64,000 nucleotides of DNA from NCBI RefSeq assembly GCF_030144855.1, contig NC_082717.1, forward strand, positions 59,024,001 to 59,088,000, read 5' to 3'. A program made the position numbers and the translations under genes. Shown here in pieces: positions 1-11,095 of the stretch (the stretch's first letter is position 1; every line of letters starts with the position of its first letter). Origin of the DNA: Hypanus sabinus. Its lineage: Eukaryota. Below the pieces are notes generated by a model, which saw only the letters and a list, made by a program, of their open reading frames with translations, made no database searches and was not told the origin of the DNA.

Positions 1-329
1 TTTTACACTCAATTGTATCAGCCTACTTTCAGTGCCATACCCCAGTACAATTTGCAACGTTACCCCCCCCCCCCCCAGCACTGCTCCAAAAAACAAAATT
101 CCTTTCCAGTTATAACCAATGTAACAGATCTAACTACTGATTGCCATATGTTATCTAGAAACACTTTGTGTGTTTAGGACCTGAGCAATATTTAAATATG
201 TAAGTTAAATGCATGGATAAAGAAATAACAATAACTCAAGTCATTATTTATAATATGCATCATAGAATTTATAACAGCAATAAAAGCACAAGAATTAAAA
301 TCAGAATTCAATGTTCTCTTTAGTTTTTA

Positions 330-536
330 AGACAATGGTCCAGGTAATCGTGTACAAAATGCTGGAGGCATAGACAGAGTCGGAATGTCTAATTCTAGAC
401 TGCAAGCATTTAAAGTGAGAGGGAAATATCCAAATGAGAAGCGAGGGACAAGTTTTTGTTTTGTGGGTGCCAGGAATGCATTGTCAGTGACAGTGGTGGA
501 GGCAGACACCATAGACTTTCAAGATGTTCTTACAGT
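330..536 (+). mobile_element. Old CR1 LINE 3' fragment, left half (resumes at ~1605-1755 after a Penelope insertion)
   Basis: Degenerate CR1 ORF2 C-terminal motifs (..FKVRG..K.., 'gaatgcattgtcagtgacagtggtggaggcagac'); continues past the Penelope element into a CR1-type tail. Confidence 0.65.
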
Positions 537-1604
537 GCTTGGGCTGAGTTCTTTGATCTTACCAATTTACTTGTAAACGTTTGGTCACCATATGAGGAGA
601 CATCATCAGTGCACTGTCGATTGGGCATGTCCTCCAAATGCTTGGCTTTTATGTACTTTTCAAACAGCTGTTTGGACCTAATTTCAGAAACTCGGTTGTG
701 ATGTGGGGAGGAAATCTCGTCGCTGATTGGCTGTGTGGCGAACGTAATGCGCTGTGGTCTGGAATTTTGCCTGCATCGGCTCATAAATAGGATCGAGATC
801 TACATGTTTGTTTACAGAATTGCTCACCGAAAGTCACGCTTCTCGGAATTCTCTTGCATGTCATGAGTTCGCCTGCGCTATGACTTTCTCTGACGCCCAG
901 TCAAATTTGTGCCTCTCTCAACCTTCATGGATAGAGACTATGGAGAATTGGTGAGGCCACTTCACAGCCAGTTGATGTTCATGGATCCTTGAGGATGGTT
1001 TTCTCCCAGTGTGGCCAACGTAATGTTTGCTGCAGTCTCCACAGTGGAATTGTAGATGACATTGGTCTTTTCTAATAGCTTCGTTTGTTGCTTTAGCACT
1101 CTCCTCATCATTGCTGTTGGCTGGTGCGCGACTGAGATTCTTTGCTCTTGGAGCAGTCAGGCCAACACTTCCAAGATATTTCAAATGTCTGGAAGGATAA
1201 CCCATTTGATCACTTCTAGTCTGGTGCACTGTCAACCTCATAGGAATCTTCGCATGAAGTTCCGTGCGAAGACTTTAAGGAGATGTTTCTCCTATTTATC
1301 CTTTAGTTTTGCCAAGCTGTAGTGTGTCTCTGCTCTTCGGAACAAAGCTTGTGGGCATCTGGATGGTTGCTGTTGCTGCAGCGTGGAGGAACTAAAGAGG
1401 AGAAACGTGACGAAATGAAGTCCTGGCAGCTGACTGAAATATATATAAAGGCCAAGCAGTCGGAGGACACACCACAATCAACAGTGCACTGACAATGTAC
1501 CCTCACACGGTGTCAAAGTGTTTGCAAGTAAATTGCCACGATTGGAGAACATCTCAACCCAACCATCAATCGCCCAAGCTACACATTTTCTGAATTATTT
1601 CCAG
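537..1604 (-). mobile_element. Penelope-like retroelement fragment (GIY-YIG endonuclease remnant) with inverted pseudo-LTRs
   Basis: ORF 918-1241 contains CGDCSKHYVGHTGRKPSSRIHEH (GIY-YIG motif); 538-670 is an inverted repeat of ~1425-1563; flanked by the 11-bp direct repeat GTTCTTACAGT at 526-536 and 1605-1615. Confidence 0.85.
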
Positions 1605-2570
1605 GTTCTTACAGTATACGGGCATTGGAATATGCAGAGACTGGAGGGACTGGACCATATGCAGGCAGAAGCGATATGGTGTCATTAACTTAAATAGCTC
1701 GGCAATAATATGGTGGGCCAATAGAGTCTGTTCTTGTTCTATGCTCTGTATGTAACACGATCTCCAAGGTCCATGATGTCTTTTTAAATCTGTTTGTTCC
1801 ACACTTGGCTTCAGATTTGTTAAATCTACATGCATTTTGTCCCTCTGAAGTCAGGCACAAGTTTAAGGCAGTATTAGTAACATAATGTTGATGAATAGGG
1901 TAACGCAGGGAAGAACTGATGTTAGATTTGTGTCACCAAGCTGCAGGGACAGTTGCTATATGCAAATTCACAGCAGGGGAAGAAAAGGACAACTATCCAT
2001 GACTGTAGTTAAAACATTTTGCCACAGTTTAATCCAAATTTGCATCTGACCTAAATAATGCTCATTCCTAATACCAGGACACAGCAGTAAAACAGCACAT
2101 GCTTTTGATGTAAGAAAAATAAAATTCAATAAATTTTAAACAGGCAATTATCAAAAAGAAACACTTATATAACTATACATGTTCAAAGATAATTTATTTA
2201 ATTAACATGATTTAAATGCGTTCCATTTTCTGATTTAATCATAATTCTTTTTGTAAAAAGAAGCTCAACAGCTGAAGGAGAAAAGCCATGAGAAACTCAT
2301 TTGGTAAATTTTGTTCCCAGTCATTTGTTGTTGGAAAGTCAGGAAGGAGACAAGTCAATAGTCTATTCCCTTCACTTCTAAATAACCTGGGATGAAAGCA
2401 GAAAAGCTGAAGAAAACAGAAGATCACGGTTTAGCAAACGAGTGTAGCTCAACATAAAGAAAGGTAAAGATACAGATTTTGTAATTTACCAAGAGGAGCA
2501 AAACGTTAAGTTATATTTCATACAACAGAAAAATGCATTATGTTTAAAAATGAGATACTAGAATACTCAC

Positions 2571-2657
2571 CTCTCGGACTAAGAGCTGTGGTGGCAGTGA
2601 AACTGAAAATACAAGACTGCTAAAATGATAACCAGCAGATTCCACTTTATCACACAC
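2571..2657 (-). CDS. PUS10: PUS10 (tRNA pseudouridine synthase Pus10) coding exon 3
   Basis: 87 bp, ttttcAG...GTgagt, phase 0/0; VCDKVESAGYHFSSLVFSVSLPPQLLVRE vs recalled human VCQKVEASGFEFTSLVFSVSFPPQLSVRE. Confidence 0.95.
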
Positions 2658-4929
2658 CTGAAAAACAATGCAAAACTCCCATTCAGAGCAGAACATGGAT
2701 TTGACTACTGAAGTGTACAGCCATCAATGAATCACTTTAATGAAGAAGCCACTCCAGTTTAACATATACCTGCTTTATAGCCAGTGTATACACTAAAGAA
2801 AATTCAATTTGTTATTGCTTCCCTGGCACAGATATATTATAGAATTTTCACTGTCATGTATATTTACGAACATATATTTTTATCAATCTGATAGTATTAG
2901 ATTATCTCTAATACTTGTGATCAAGTTTGGAGATGGAGCTCCCTTTAAACACCATTGTTTAAACAAACATTTCTAAATAGCACTGTCAATAGACCAAAAA
3001 CATGCTTCAAATCATTGTGTCACCATGATAAAATAATAAATAAAATACATTTAAGAATTAAGATTCCGGAAGAGTATTTGCCCAGGTGATTTTCTTTAGG
3101 TAAGTATGTGGAGATTTCTTTAATTGCTATATGCTGTGTTACAGAGAAACCAACTCTTGGGACTGAGGCTGGATGGGAATATTGCAGTGCTGGAAATATG
3201 TCAAGTTTGTAATGGAAAAGATTTTAAGTCTGAAACCAAATTCAAGGTAAAAGGGTATTAGGAAGAAATAGCATTTGGTTGAGACAGAAAATGTGGGCTA
3301 GGGAAGTAGACAGAAATGCTGCAAGGCAGAGAGAGTTGTGAGAGTTGTTTGCAGGGGGCAATTGGGTCTTTCCAATCTTGAGTTTAAGAATCTCTTGGCT
3401 TATCCAAGATCAGAATGAGGCCATAGTTTAGATACATAGCTTCAGAGCACAGGACTGATTATGAGAGATAACTTTAAAATATTTATTCATTTTCCCGAAT
3501 GTGGTCATATGAGCAAGACCAGCATTTATTGTGGAATGGAACTCAAGGGGTTGGTGTTCAGTTACTTTCTTCTCTGCCTTTAGCTCATCTCCACCAGTAC
3601 AGAACAAGGATAGAGTTCCCCTGGTCCACAGTATCCTCATTCAACTCATCATTCTCTATAATTTCCCCCAACTTCAAAGAAATTAATTCCACCACCAAAG
3701 GCATTTTCCCTTCCTTGGTGTGATAAGAAGTACTCTTGACCTCACAATCTACCTTGTTATGATCTTGCACCTTATTGTTTACATGCACTTCATCTCTAAC
3801 TGTTACCCTTTATTCTGCATTCACTAATTTTTCACAGTTTTCAAAAAAGTTAATTAAAATTGCATCCTGGTTTCTCATCAGTGAGAATTCCGTAATTCTA
3901 CTGACTACTCAGCCAACCCAATGAATACACATCTACTAGGAACCGGAATGTTACTAATTTAAGATTTCAATCAATTTTAAATCCTTGTGGGGAGCCCTTT
4001 CCAAAATCACTTGAGAGCTGAATTCTTTGTGGGTTCCAATTCTGTGCTACTATAGTTCGTGCAGAATTATTTCACTTGACCATACTTGAGATTGCAAGTG
4101 CAGAATTTCTTAAAGATTTTGATTGAGAAGTACAAAGTTTGACAGAGTGATGGAGGCCAGTTATTTTCCACTTCTGGGTAACCAGGGCCCATCAATTTGA
4201 ATACGCCACCTATCTCACCAGTTGTCTTTACAAATTTACCTGCTTAGCTAAGGTTGGTGCTAACACAGGCTACCGAAAGAGAACTGAACTAAATTATAAT
4301 ACTTCAACTTGAACCAGATAACCTTTCATAACTTACCCATGTGAAACAGCCTTTTAAGCCCTGATAAATTTACCCATTCTGTGTTGTTAATACTGAGAAC
4401 GTGGGAATGCCATGTTACCTACTAAAACCATTATGGCACTAAGTAAATGATTATTATGATATTTTTCAGCCTGCAATTAACATCCTTGCTATCAAATCAA
4501 ACTCAAGCAGAGTTTGGGACATTTATTTTTAGCTATAATTATTCAGGAAGGAGTAAAACTTCATGAATAATTAATCATTGTAAAATCAGCAAAAGAAACT
4601 TCACTAAGACCTGCTGAAATGATCAATCAAATCTAAAAAAAAATCTATAATCCACATCTAAAGTAACATTTAACTAAGTAATCAGGGCATAATATTAATT
4701 GGTATATTTTAATGTAGAAAACCAATAGTCATTCATCATCCAATACTCTGAACATTATAATAAGCCCACTAATGACAGAAAATTAGACAAAACCAAATAA
4801 GACACTGAATTAATGCATGAACTTGATGTTCTGAAAATTTTAAATTGCTTGCTAATTGGGATAATTTATGACTTAATTAATAATGTAAAACCTGAACTGT
4901 AATTATCAGCATCTTACATTTATACATTA

Positions 4930-6306
4930 ATCCTTCAACAATTCCTCTTTCAGCTTCTCTCACTTTCTCCAAAGCCAAGGGCATCCGCATGGGCCCCAGC
5001 TATGCCTGCCTTTTTGCCGGCTATGTGAACAATCTATATCCCAAGACTACACTGGGAGTGCCCCCCAACCCTTTCTGTACTACATCGACGACTGCATTGG
5101 TGATGCTTCCTGCACCCGTACTGCACTCGTCAATTTCATCCTTTGCTTCCAACTTCCAAATTGCCCTCAAATTTACTTGGTTCATCTTGGACACCTCTCT
5201 CCTTTCTCAATCTCTGGAGACAGGTAGCCTACTGCTATTTTTATGTACCTATTGACTCTCACAGTTATTTTGACTATCCTGTACCTCTGTCACTTGTAAA
5301 AATGCTGTTCCCTTTTATCAGTTCCTCTGTCTCCACCGCATCTGTTCTCAGGACGAGGTGTTCCGTTCAAGAACAAATGAGATGTCCTCCTTCCTAAAAG
5401 AACAGGGTTTCCCTTCCTCTACAATTGATGCTGCCCTCACCCCCATCTCCTCCATTACCCCAACACCTGCCCTCACCCTACCTACCTACCACCCACAGGC
5501 TTCCACACCCAGCACATCACTCTCTGTAATTTCTGCCACCTACAACAGGACGCTAGCATACTTTAGGGTTTCCCTCATCCCTCTCTCTGCTGTCACAGGG
5601 ACTGCTCTCTATGTAGCTCCCCATCCACTCTGTCTCTCCCCACTGAACTCCCTCCTGGCTCTTCCACACGTACTTGAGACAATTGCTACAACTGCCCCTC
5701 ACCATCATTCAGGCTCTCAAACAGACACTTCAGCTGCAAGTCATCTACTGTATCTGGTGCTTCTGCTGTGGCCTCCTCTACATCGATGAGACCAGTGTAG
5801 ATTGGGGGACTGCACCTCCGCTCTGTACACCACAAAAGGAGTGTTTTCTTGGTGGTCATCCATGTTAATTCTACTTCCCACTGATCCTCTACTGCCACAA
5901 TGAGGCCATTCTCAGTTTGAAGGAACAACTCTTCATATTCCATCTGGGTAGCCTCTATCCTGATGCCATGGAAATCATTTTTTTTCTCCAACCTGATCAT
6001 TTCTCCCCTTCCCCTTTCTCTCTTTTTCCATTCCCCATTCTGCTCCCCTCTTACCCCCTCTCTTTGTCCATTACTTCCCTCTGGTGACCTCCTCCTTCTC
6101 TTTCTCCCATGCTCTACTTTTTTCTCCTATCAGCTTCCTTCTTCTTCAGTGCTTTACCTCTTCCACCTATCACATCCTAGCTTCTCACTCCATCGCTCCT
6201 CCTCCACCCCAACCAACTTCTCTCTCACCTATCACTCGCCACTTTCCCTCCCTCCACTTTCTTATTTGGCTTCCTCCTCCCTTCCTTTCCAGTACTGATG
6301 AAGGGT
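4930..6306 (+). mobile_element. Penelope-like element (degenerate RT and GIY-YIG), 3' end split by a CR1 insertion; resumes 7054-7170
   Basis: MGPSYACLF RT motif, 'VIYCIWC..CGLLYIDET' GIY-YIG remnant, pyrimidine-rich tail ending CTGATGAAGGGT. Confidence 0.8.
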
Positions 6307-7053
6307 TCATTTGGATAGGTCAAATATGATGGCAGAATATAGTATTAATGGTAAGACTCTTGGCAGGATGGAGGATCAGAAGGATCGTGGGGTCCAAGTC
6401 CATAGGACGCACAAAGCAGCTGCACAGGTTGACTTTGTGGTTAAGAAGGCATATGGTGTATTGACCTTCATTAATCATGGAATTGAATTTAGGGGCCGAG
6501 AGGTAATGTTGCAACTATATAGGAGCCTAGTCAGACCTCACTTGGAGTACTGTGCTCAGTTCTGGTTCGACTCACTAAAGGAAGGATGTGGAAGCCATAG
6601 AAAGGGTGCAGAGGAGATTTACAAGGATGTTGCCTGGATTGGGAAGGATGCCTTATGAGAATAGGATGAGTGAATTTGTTTTTTTTTCCTTGGAATGAAG
6701 GAGGATGAAAGGTGGCCTGATAGAGGTGTACAAGATGATGAGAGGCATTGATGGTGTGGATAGTCAGAGGCTTTTACCCAGGGCTGAAATGGTTGCCACA
6801 AGAGGATACAGGTTTAAGGTGCTGAGGAGTAGGTACAGAGGTATGTTTTTTCACTCAGAGAGTGGTCAGTGTGTGGAATGGACTGCCGGCAATGGTGATG
6901 GAGGTGGATACGATAGGGTCTTTTAAGGGACTTTTTAAGAGCTTAGTAAAATAGAGGGCTATAGATAAGCCCAGTAATTTCGAAGGTAGGGACGTGTTCG
7001 GCCCAACTTTGTGGGCTGAAGGGCCTGTATTGTGCTGTAGTTTTTCTATGTTT
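6307..7053 (+). mobile_element. 5'-truncated CR1 LINE
   Basis: ORFs with LYRSLVRPHLEYCAQFW and GGLIEVYKMMRGID; CR1 3' UTR ending TTTCTATGTTTCT. Confidence 0.9.
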
Positions 7054-7223
7054 CTCAGCCCAAAGCATCAAATATACATTCCTCTCCATAGATGCTGCCT
7101 GATTTGCTGAGTTCCTCCAGCATTTTGTGTGCTTTGCGATGCCTTTCCAGCATCTACAGAATCTCGTGTGTTCATGCATTAATTTGTGTAAGAATGTTGG
7201 GAAAAAAAAAGTCAAACATTTAC

Positions 7224-7475
7224 CTTTTTCACAAAATCTTTTTCACAAAGGTCCTGTAGAACACCCAGACATACCGTGCAGGTTCGAACACCAACATCAG
7301 GATCCAAAAGTTCATCTGATGGCAGTTTTGTAGCTTCATTTTTGTCCAAATCCATATCATTATTTTTACCATCCTCCAATCTGATTTTCTTACAAAGTGG
7401 TTGATCATTTTTTATTGGTTCGGACTTGCATTCATCATCATCATTCAAGAATTTGCGGAGTTCAACGAACATTTC
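7224..7475 (-). CDS. PUS10: PUS10 coding exon 2
   Basis: 252 bp, ttcAG...GTaaat, phase 0/0; EMFVELRKFL...KKIRL...CTVCLGVLQDLCEKDFVKK matches the PUS10 N-terminal domain (CxxC). Confidence 0.95.
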
Positions 7476-7654
7476 CTGAAACACAATCATGTGTTTAAGA
7501 AGTTACTGTCCATTACTGACTACATGTGGAATTTGGCAAAAAGGGCACCACTTGTCTCTATTTTTACGCTGTTATAATATGATTTTCACCACTGGAGATG
7601 TTCACAACAGTGAAGATCAAATACGTTGAAAAGCACAATAGTGATTTATTTTTG

Positions 7655-7790
7655 AGTCAATGACACTTTGGACTGTGGTGGAGGAGGCAGGAGCAGAGAG
7701 AGAAAACCCACACATTCGTGGGGAATTGAACTCCCCTGAGCTGTAACAGCATTGTACTAACCGCTACACTACCAGGGTGCCCAATTACCT
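7655..7790 (-). mobile_element. tRNA-derived V-SINE/HE1-like fragment
   Basis: Reverse tRNA-like head (..taaccgctacactacc) with the 'ctttggactgtgg..gaaaacccac' core. Confidence 0.65.
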
Positions 7791-8993
7791 GAAGGAAATC
7801 CTGGGGAAGCTTCAGCAAGAACATTGTAGTGATTAGGAATCCTCCGAACCCTAGAACATGGTTGTCCAAATCCCATAAGACAAATACTAACCAAGATCAA
7901 GGATTTATGAGTTGGGCTGAAGCTAATTAACTGGATAACCAATTACCTTGCTTCCATGTGTGCAGGCCAAGTCTTTATGTATATTTAAGGATAGATTCTT
8001 GATTGGTCAAGGCATGAAGGGATACTGGGGAAGACAGGAAACAGATGCTGAGAGGAAAAGTGGATCAGCCATGACAAAATGGAGCACACTCGATGGGTGG
8101 AATGGCCTAATTCTGCTCCATATCTTATGGTCTTATTACAGAGTTGCACACAAGCCTGATTTGTTTTATATTGAGCACTGTTCCACACAATCATAAGAGA
8201 CGTTGCGCCAGTGCAACTATTGTGTGAATGGAGGATGAAGAGGAAATATAAAAATTATAATTTCCACTGGATACTTCTGCTTCTGCTTGCCTTATTCCAA
8301 GCTCAACAGCAACAAATCTACCAAAAGGCTAAACAGGCTTTCCATTTGTTCAGAGGAACAGTGGAGCCATAAGAGGGAAGGAAGGGATGATATTAGCAAA
8401 GAGCTGAATATCATGTGTACGAAGATGAATCCAACATTGTGAACAGTTAACAATTAACTTATCTCTTTTGAAATGTCCACAGCTCAGCCAGCACATGCAC
8501 TGTCACAAAGACACAGCTCTGACTGTCTAGGCGGCTATCTCCAAATTGCCACGAGGAAGTTTCTGCCGATGAACATCTCTAGTCCAAGTCATTGCAGTTA
8601 TTACTACAGCTCAAATTGTATAATAAAATGAATGATCAATAAAGATACAAACTATATTTAAATAAACCAAGGTTATGCCACTAATCCAGATAAATTTTTA
8701 ATCCAAGGTCAATTTGAACATGCAAGTAAATTAACACAGGCAGCTGTATAACTGCCAAACTCATATGATGAGTAACAATGAATAACGAGGTCTGATACGA
8801 CACTTTACCACTTTTAAAGAATAAAAATCTTAGAATTATAATGGCAACTCTACAACAGAACATCAAAAGCACTTTAAGTCCAATGAAGCACCTCTGAAGT
8901 GTTATTGCTGCTGTGATGTAATCACTTTGGCACATAACAAACTCTCGATAATAACCAGATAATCTGTGTCATGAGTGTTGCTGCAGGGATATG

Positions 8994-9511
8994 TACTCAG
9001 TGGCCACTATATTAAGTACAGGATGTACAGGGCTTCACATGCTTTTGGACTTCCGCTGCTGTGGTCTGACCACTTCCAGGTTCGATGTGTTGTGTGTTCA
9101 GAGACTTGTGCTTATTTGAGTCACTGTCAGTTTCCTTTCAGCTTGAACCAGTCTGGCCAATATCCTCTGACCTCTCTCATTTATGAGGCATTTTCTCCCA
9201 CAGAACTGCTGCTCACTGGATTTTTTTTTGCTTCTCACACCATTCTCTAAAACTGATGTGTGTGAAAATTCCCAGAGATCAGCAGTTTCTGAGATACTCA
9301 AACCACTTCATCTGACACCAACGATTATTCCATGGTCAAAATCACTCAGATCACATTTCTTCCCCATTCTGATACATTGTCTGAACAGCTGAACCTCTTG
9401 ACCTCGTCTGCATGCTTTTATGCGTTGAGTTGCTCCCACATGACTGGCTGATTAAATATTTGCATTAATGAACAGGTGCACAGGGGTACCTAATAAAGTG
9501 GCCACCGAGTG
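8994..9511 (-). mobile_element. Non-autonomous Tc1-like DNA transposon
   Basis: TIRs ACTCAGTGGCCACT(A/T)TATT ... AATAAAGTGGCCACCGAGT followed by TA; internal transposase relic CGRKCLINERGQRILARLVQAERK. Confidence 0.85.
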
Positions 9512-9534
9512 TATTTTGGCTAGAACATCAGCGA

Positions 9535-9658
9535 TACACAATTAACACTGGTGCGCCTCAAGGATGTGTGCTTAGTCCATTGCACTATTCTATCTACACC
9601 CACGACTGTGTAGCCAGGCAAAAAATGGCGTCTATAAATTTGCTGATGAAACAACCGA
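9535..9658 (+). mobile_element. Rex1/Babar LINE RT fragment, left part (continues at ~14385-15180)
   Basis: Encodes TGAPQGCVLSPLHYSIYTHDC, and after a frameshift KFADET, typical of Rex1 RT. Confidence 0.8.
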
Positions 9659-9659
9659 C

Positions 9660-11095
9660 TAGGCCCTCCATTGGTTCAGGTCGACCATGAATGCTGCGTC
9701 CCAGCTGTATATGTCAGGGGTCACCAACATTTCTTGCACCGCAGACCGGTTTAATATTGACCATATTCTTACAGACCAGCCAATGGGAAGGGTGGGGGTG
9801 GGGGTGTTAATCGCAACCGGTATTTAGGACCTATATTATAAGTGATAAGTCAACTATAAGTCACTTATAAGTAGCTAATACACTCAATTTTGTTTCTAAA
9901 AGGGTTTATCTAATGAATTTAATATTAAACACACAGCACATATTTTCCTCTCATGAATTTAGTAATGTCAATTATAACTCATAAGTAAATAGCATCATAA
10001 CATCTTAAGTAAGTTTGGATCTTAAACACACAGCTCATATTTTCCTCGTGTGAACATATAAAACCATTGCAACACACCAGTGAGAGGACAAGGTAAGGGC
10101 TGGAGGTCCCCGTACCGGGGCCACAGCAGTCGCAGTCCAGAGAGAGCGACCGGCCGAGTGAAGGGTCTGACAGGGCGCGTGCCCCCCCCCCCCCCCCCGT
10201 AGGTAAGCGGGATCTATCGGCCGACAAAAGTTTGGCTGGAGGGATGACTTTCAGTAGATCACAGAGAGGTAGCTGCTCTGCTACTTACAAAACCCTGAAC
10301 CCGAACTAAGTCGTCTGCGAATATTTTAGCACTGAGTTCCCCACGAACATTCGGTGTGCTTAACAGGTTTAGAGGTGGCGTCCATCTGTCCGCGCTCCAG
10401 ACCAGTAACAACGGCACTTCTCGAGTTCTCACCGGCCGGTTACCCAAGGCCAACCAGTGATCCCCGGCGCTAGGGTATCACTGGGTTTAGGCGACTGATA
10501 ACCTCGCGTGGGTAATGACTTCACGTTCATTCAAGTTCAACAGTGGGCGTGACGGGGAATGAGGAAAGGTGCAGCTGACTCATTTAGTTTCATATCGCCA
10601 AATCATATAATTTCCTCGCGGCCCGGTAGCACATGCTTTGTGGCCCAGTACCGGTCCACAGCCTGGTGGTTTGGGACCACTGGTCTATGTGATACCCAGC
10701 CAGGACAGAATGATATGAAGAGCAGCTGTTGCCCATGCTGCAAGCCTCTCCTGTCCATGCAACGGATGAATGCAAAGGAACACCAGTGGCATCACAGGAG
10801 ATACCAGTCAGTGTTGAACTCAATATAGGACTGCCTTAGGGACACCAGCTCCAAATTTTACCTTGGGGTTTACTCCCAAAGCCTTCCTTGTGAGTGGGTA
10901 TGGCTGCAAAGCAGCAGAGGTTTGAGATCAGAATTTTCCTTTTCAGAGATGAGCTGCCAACCATGGTTTACAAGCGACTGGTTTTAAGAGACCAGTATTC
11001 TCCCTTTGCCTCTTCTCATCAGTAAAGATGGTTCTGCAAGGCATAGTGGCTAAGTCACACTTGAAGGCCAAGAGCTGGACTTGATTGTCAGAGGC
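9660..11095. mobile_element. Unclassified non-autonomous repeat interrupted by a hAT element
   Basis: Sequence reads continuously across the hAT TSD (cccagctgt[a/c]tatgt|gatacccagcc); family not identified. Confidence 0.5.
9715..10682. mobile_element. Non-autonomous hAT (Charlie-like) DNA transposon
   Basis: TIRs CAGGGGTCACCAAC / GTTTGGGACCACTG; 8-bp TSD GTATATGT (9707-9714) / GTCTATGT (10683-10690). Confidence 0.85.

Noticed and set aside
4336-4360. Minus-strand AG..GTAAGT mini-exon-like segment in a PUS10 intron
   Set aside because: The flanking PUS10 exons already join in phase and match the human protein without it
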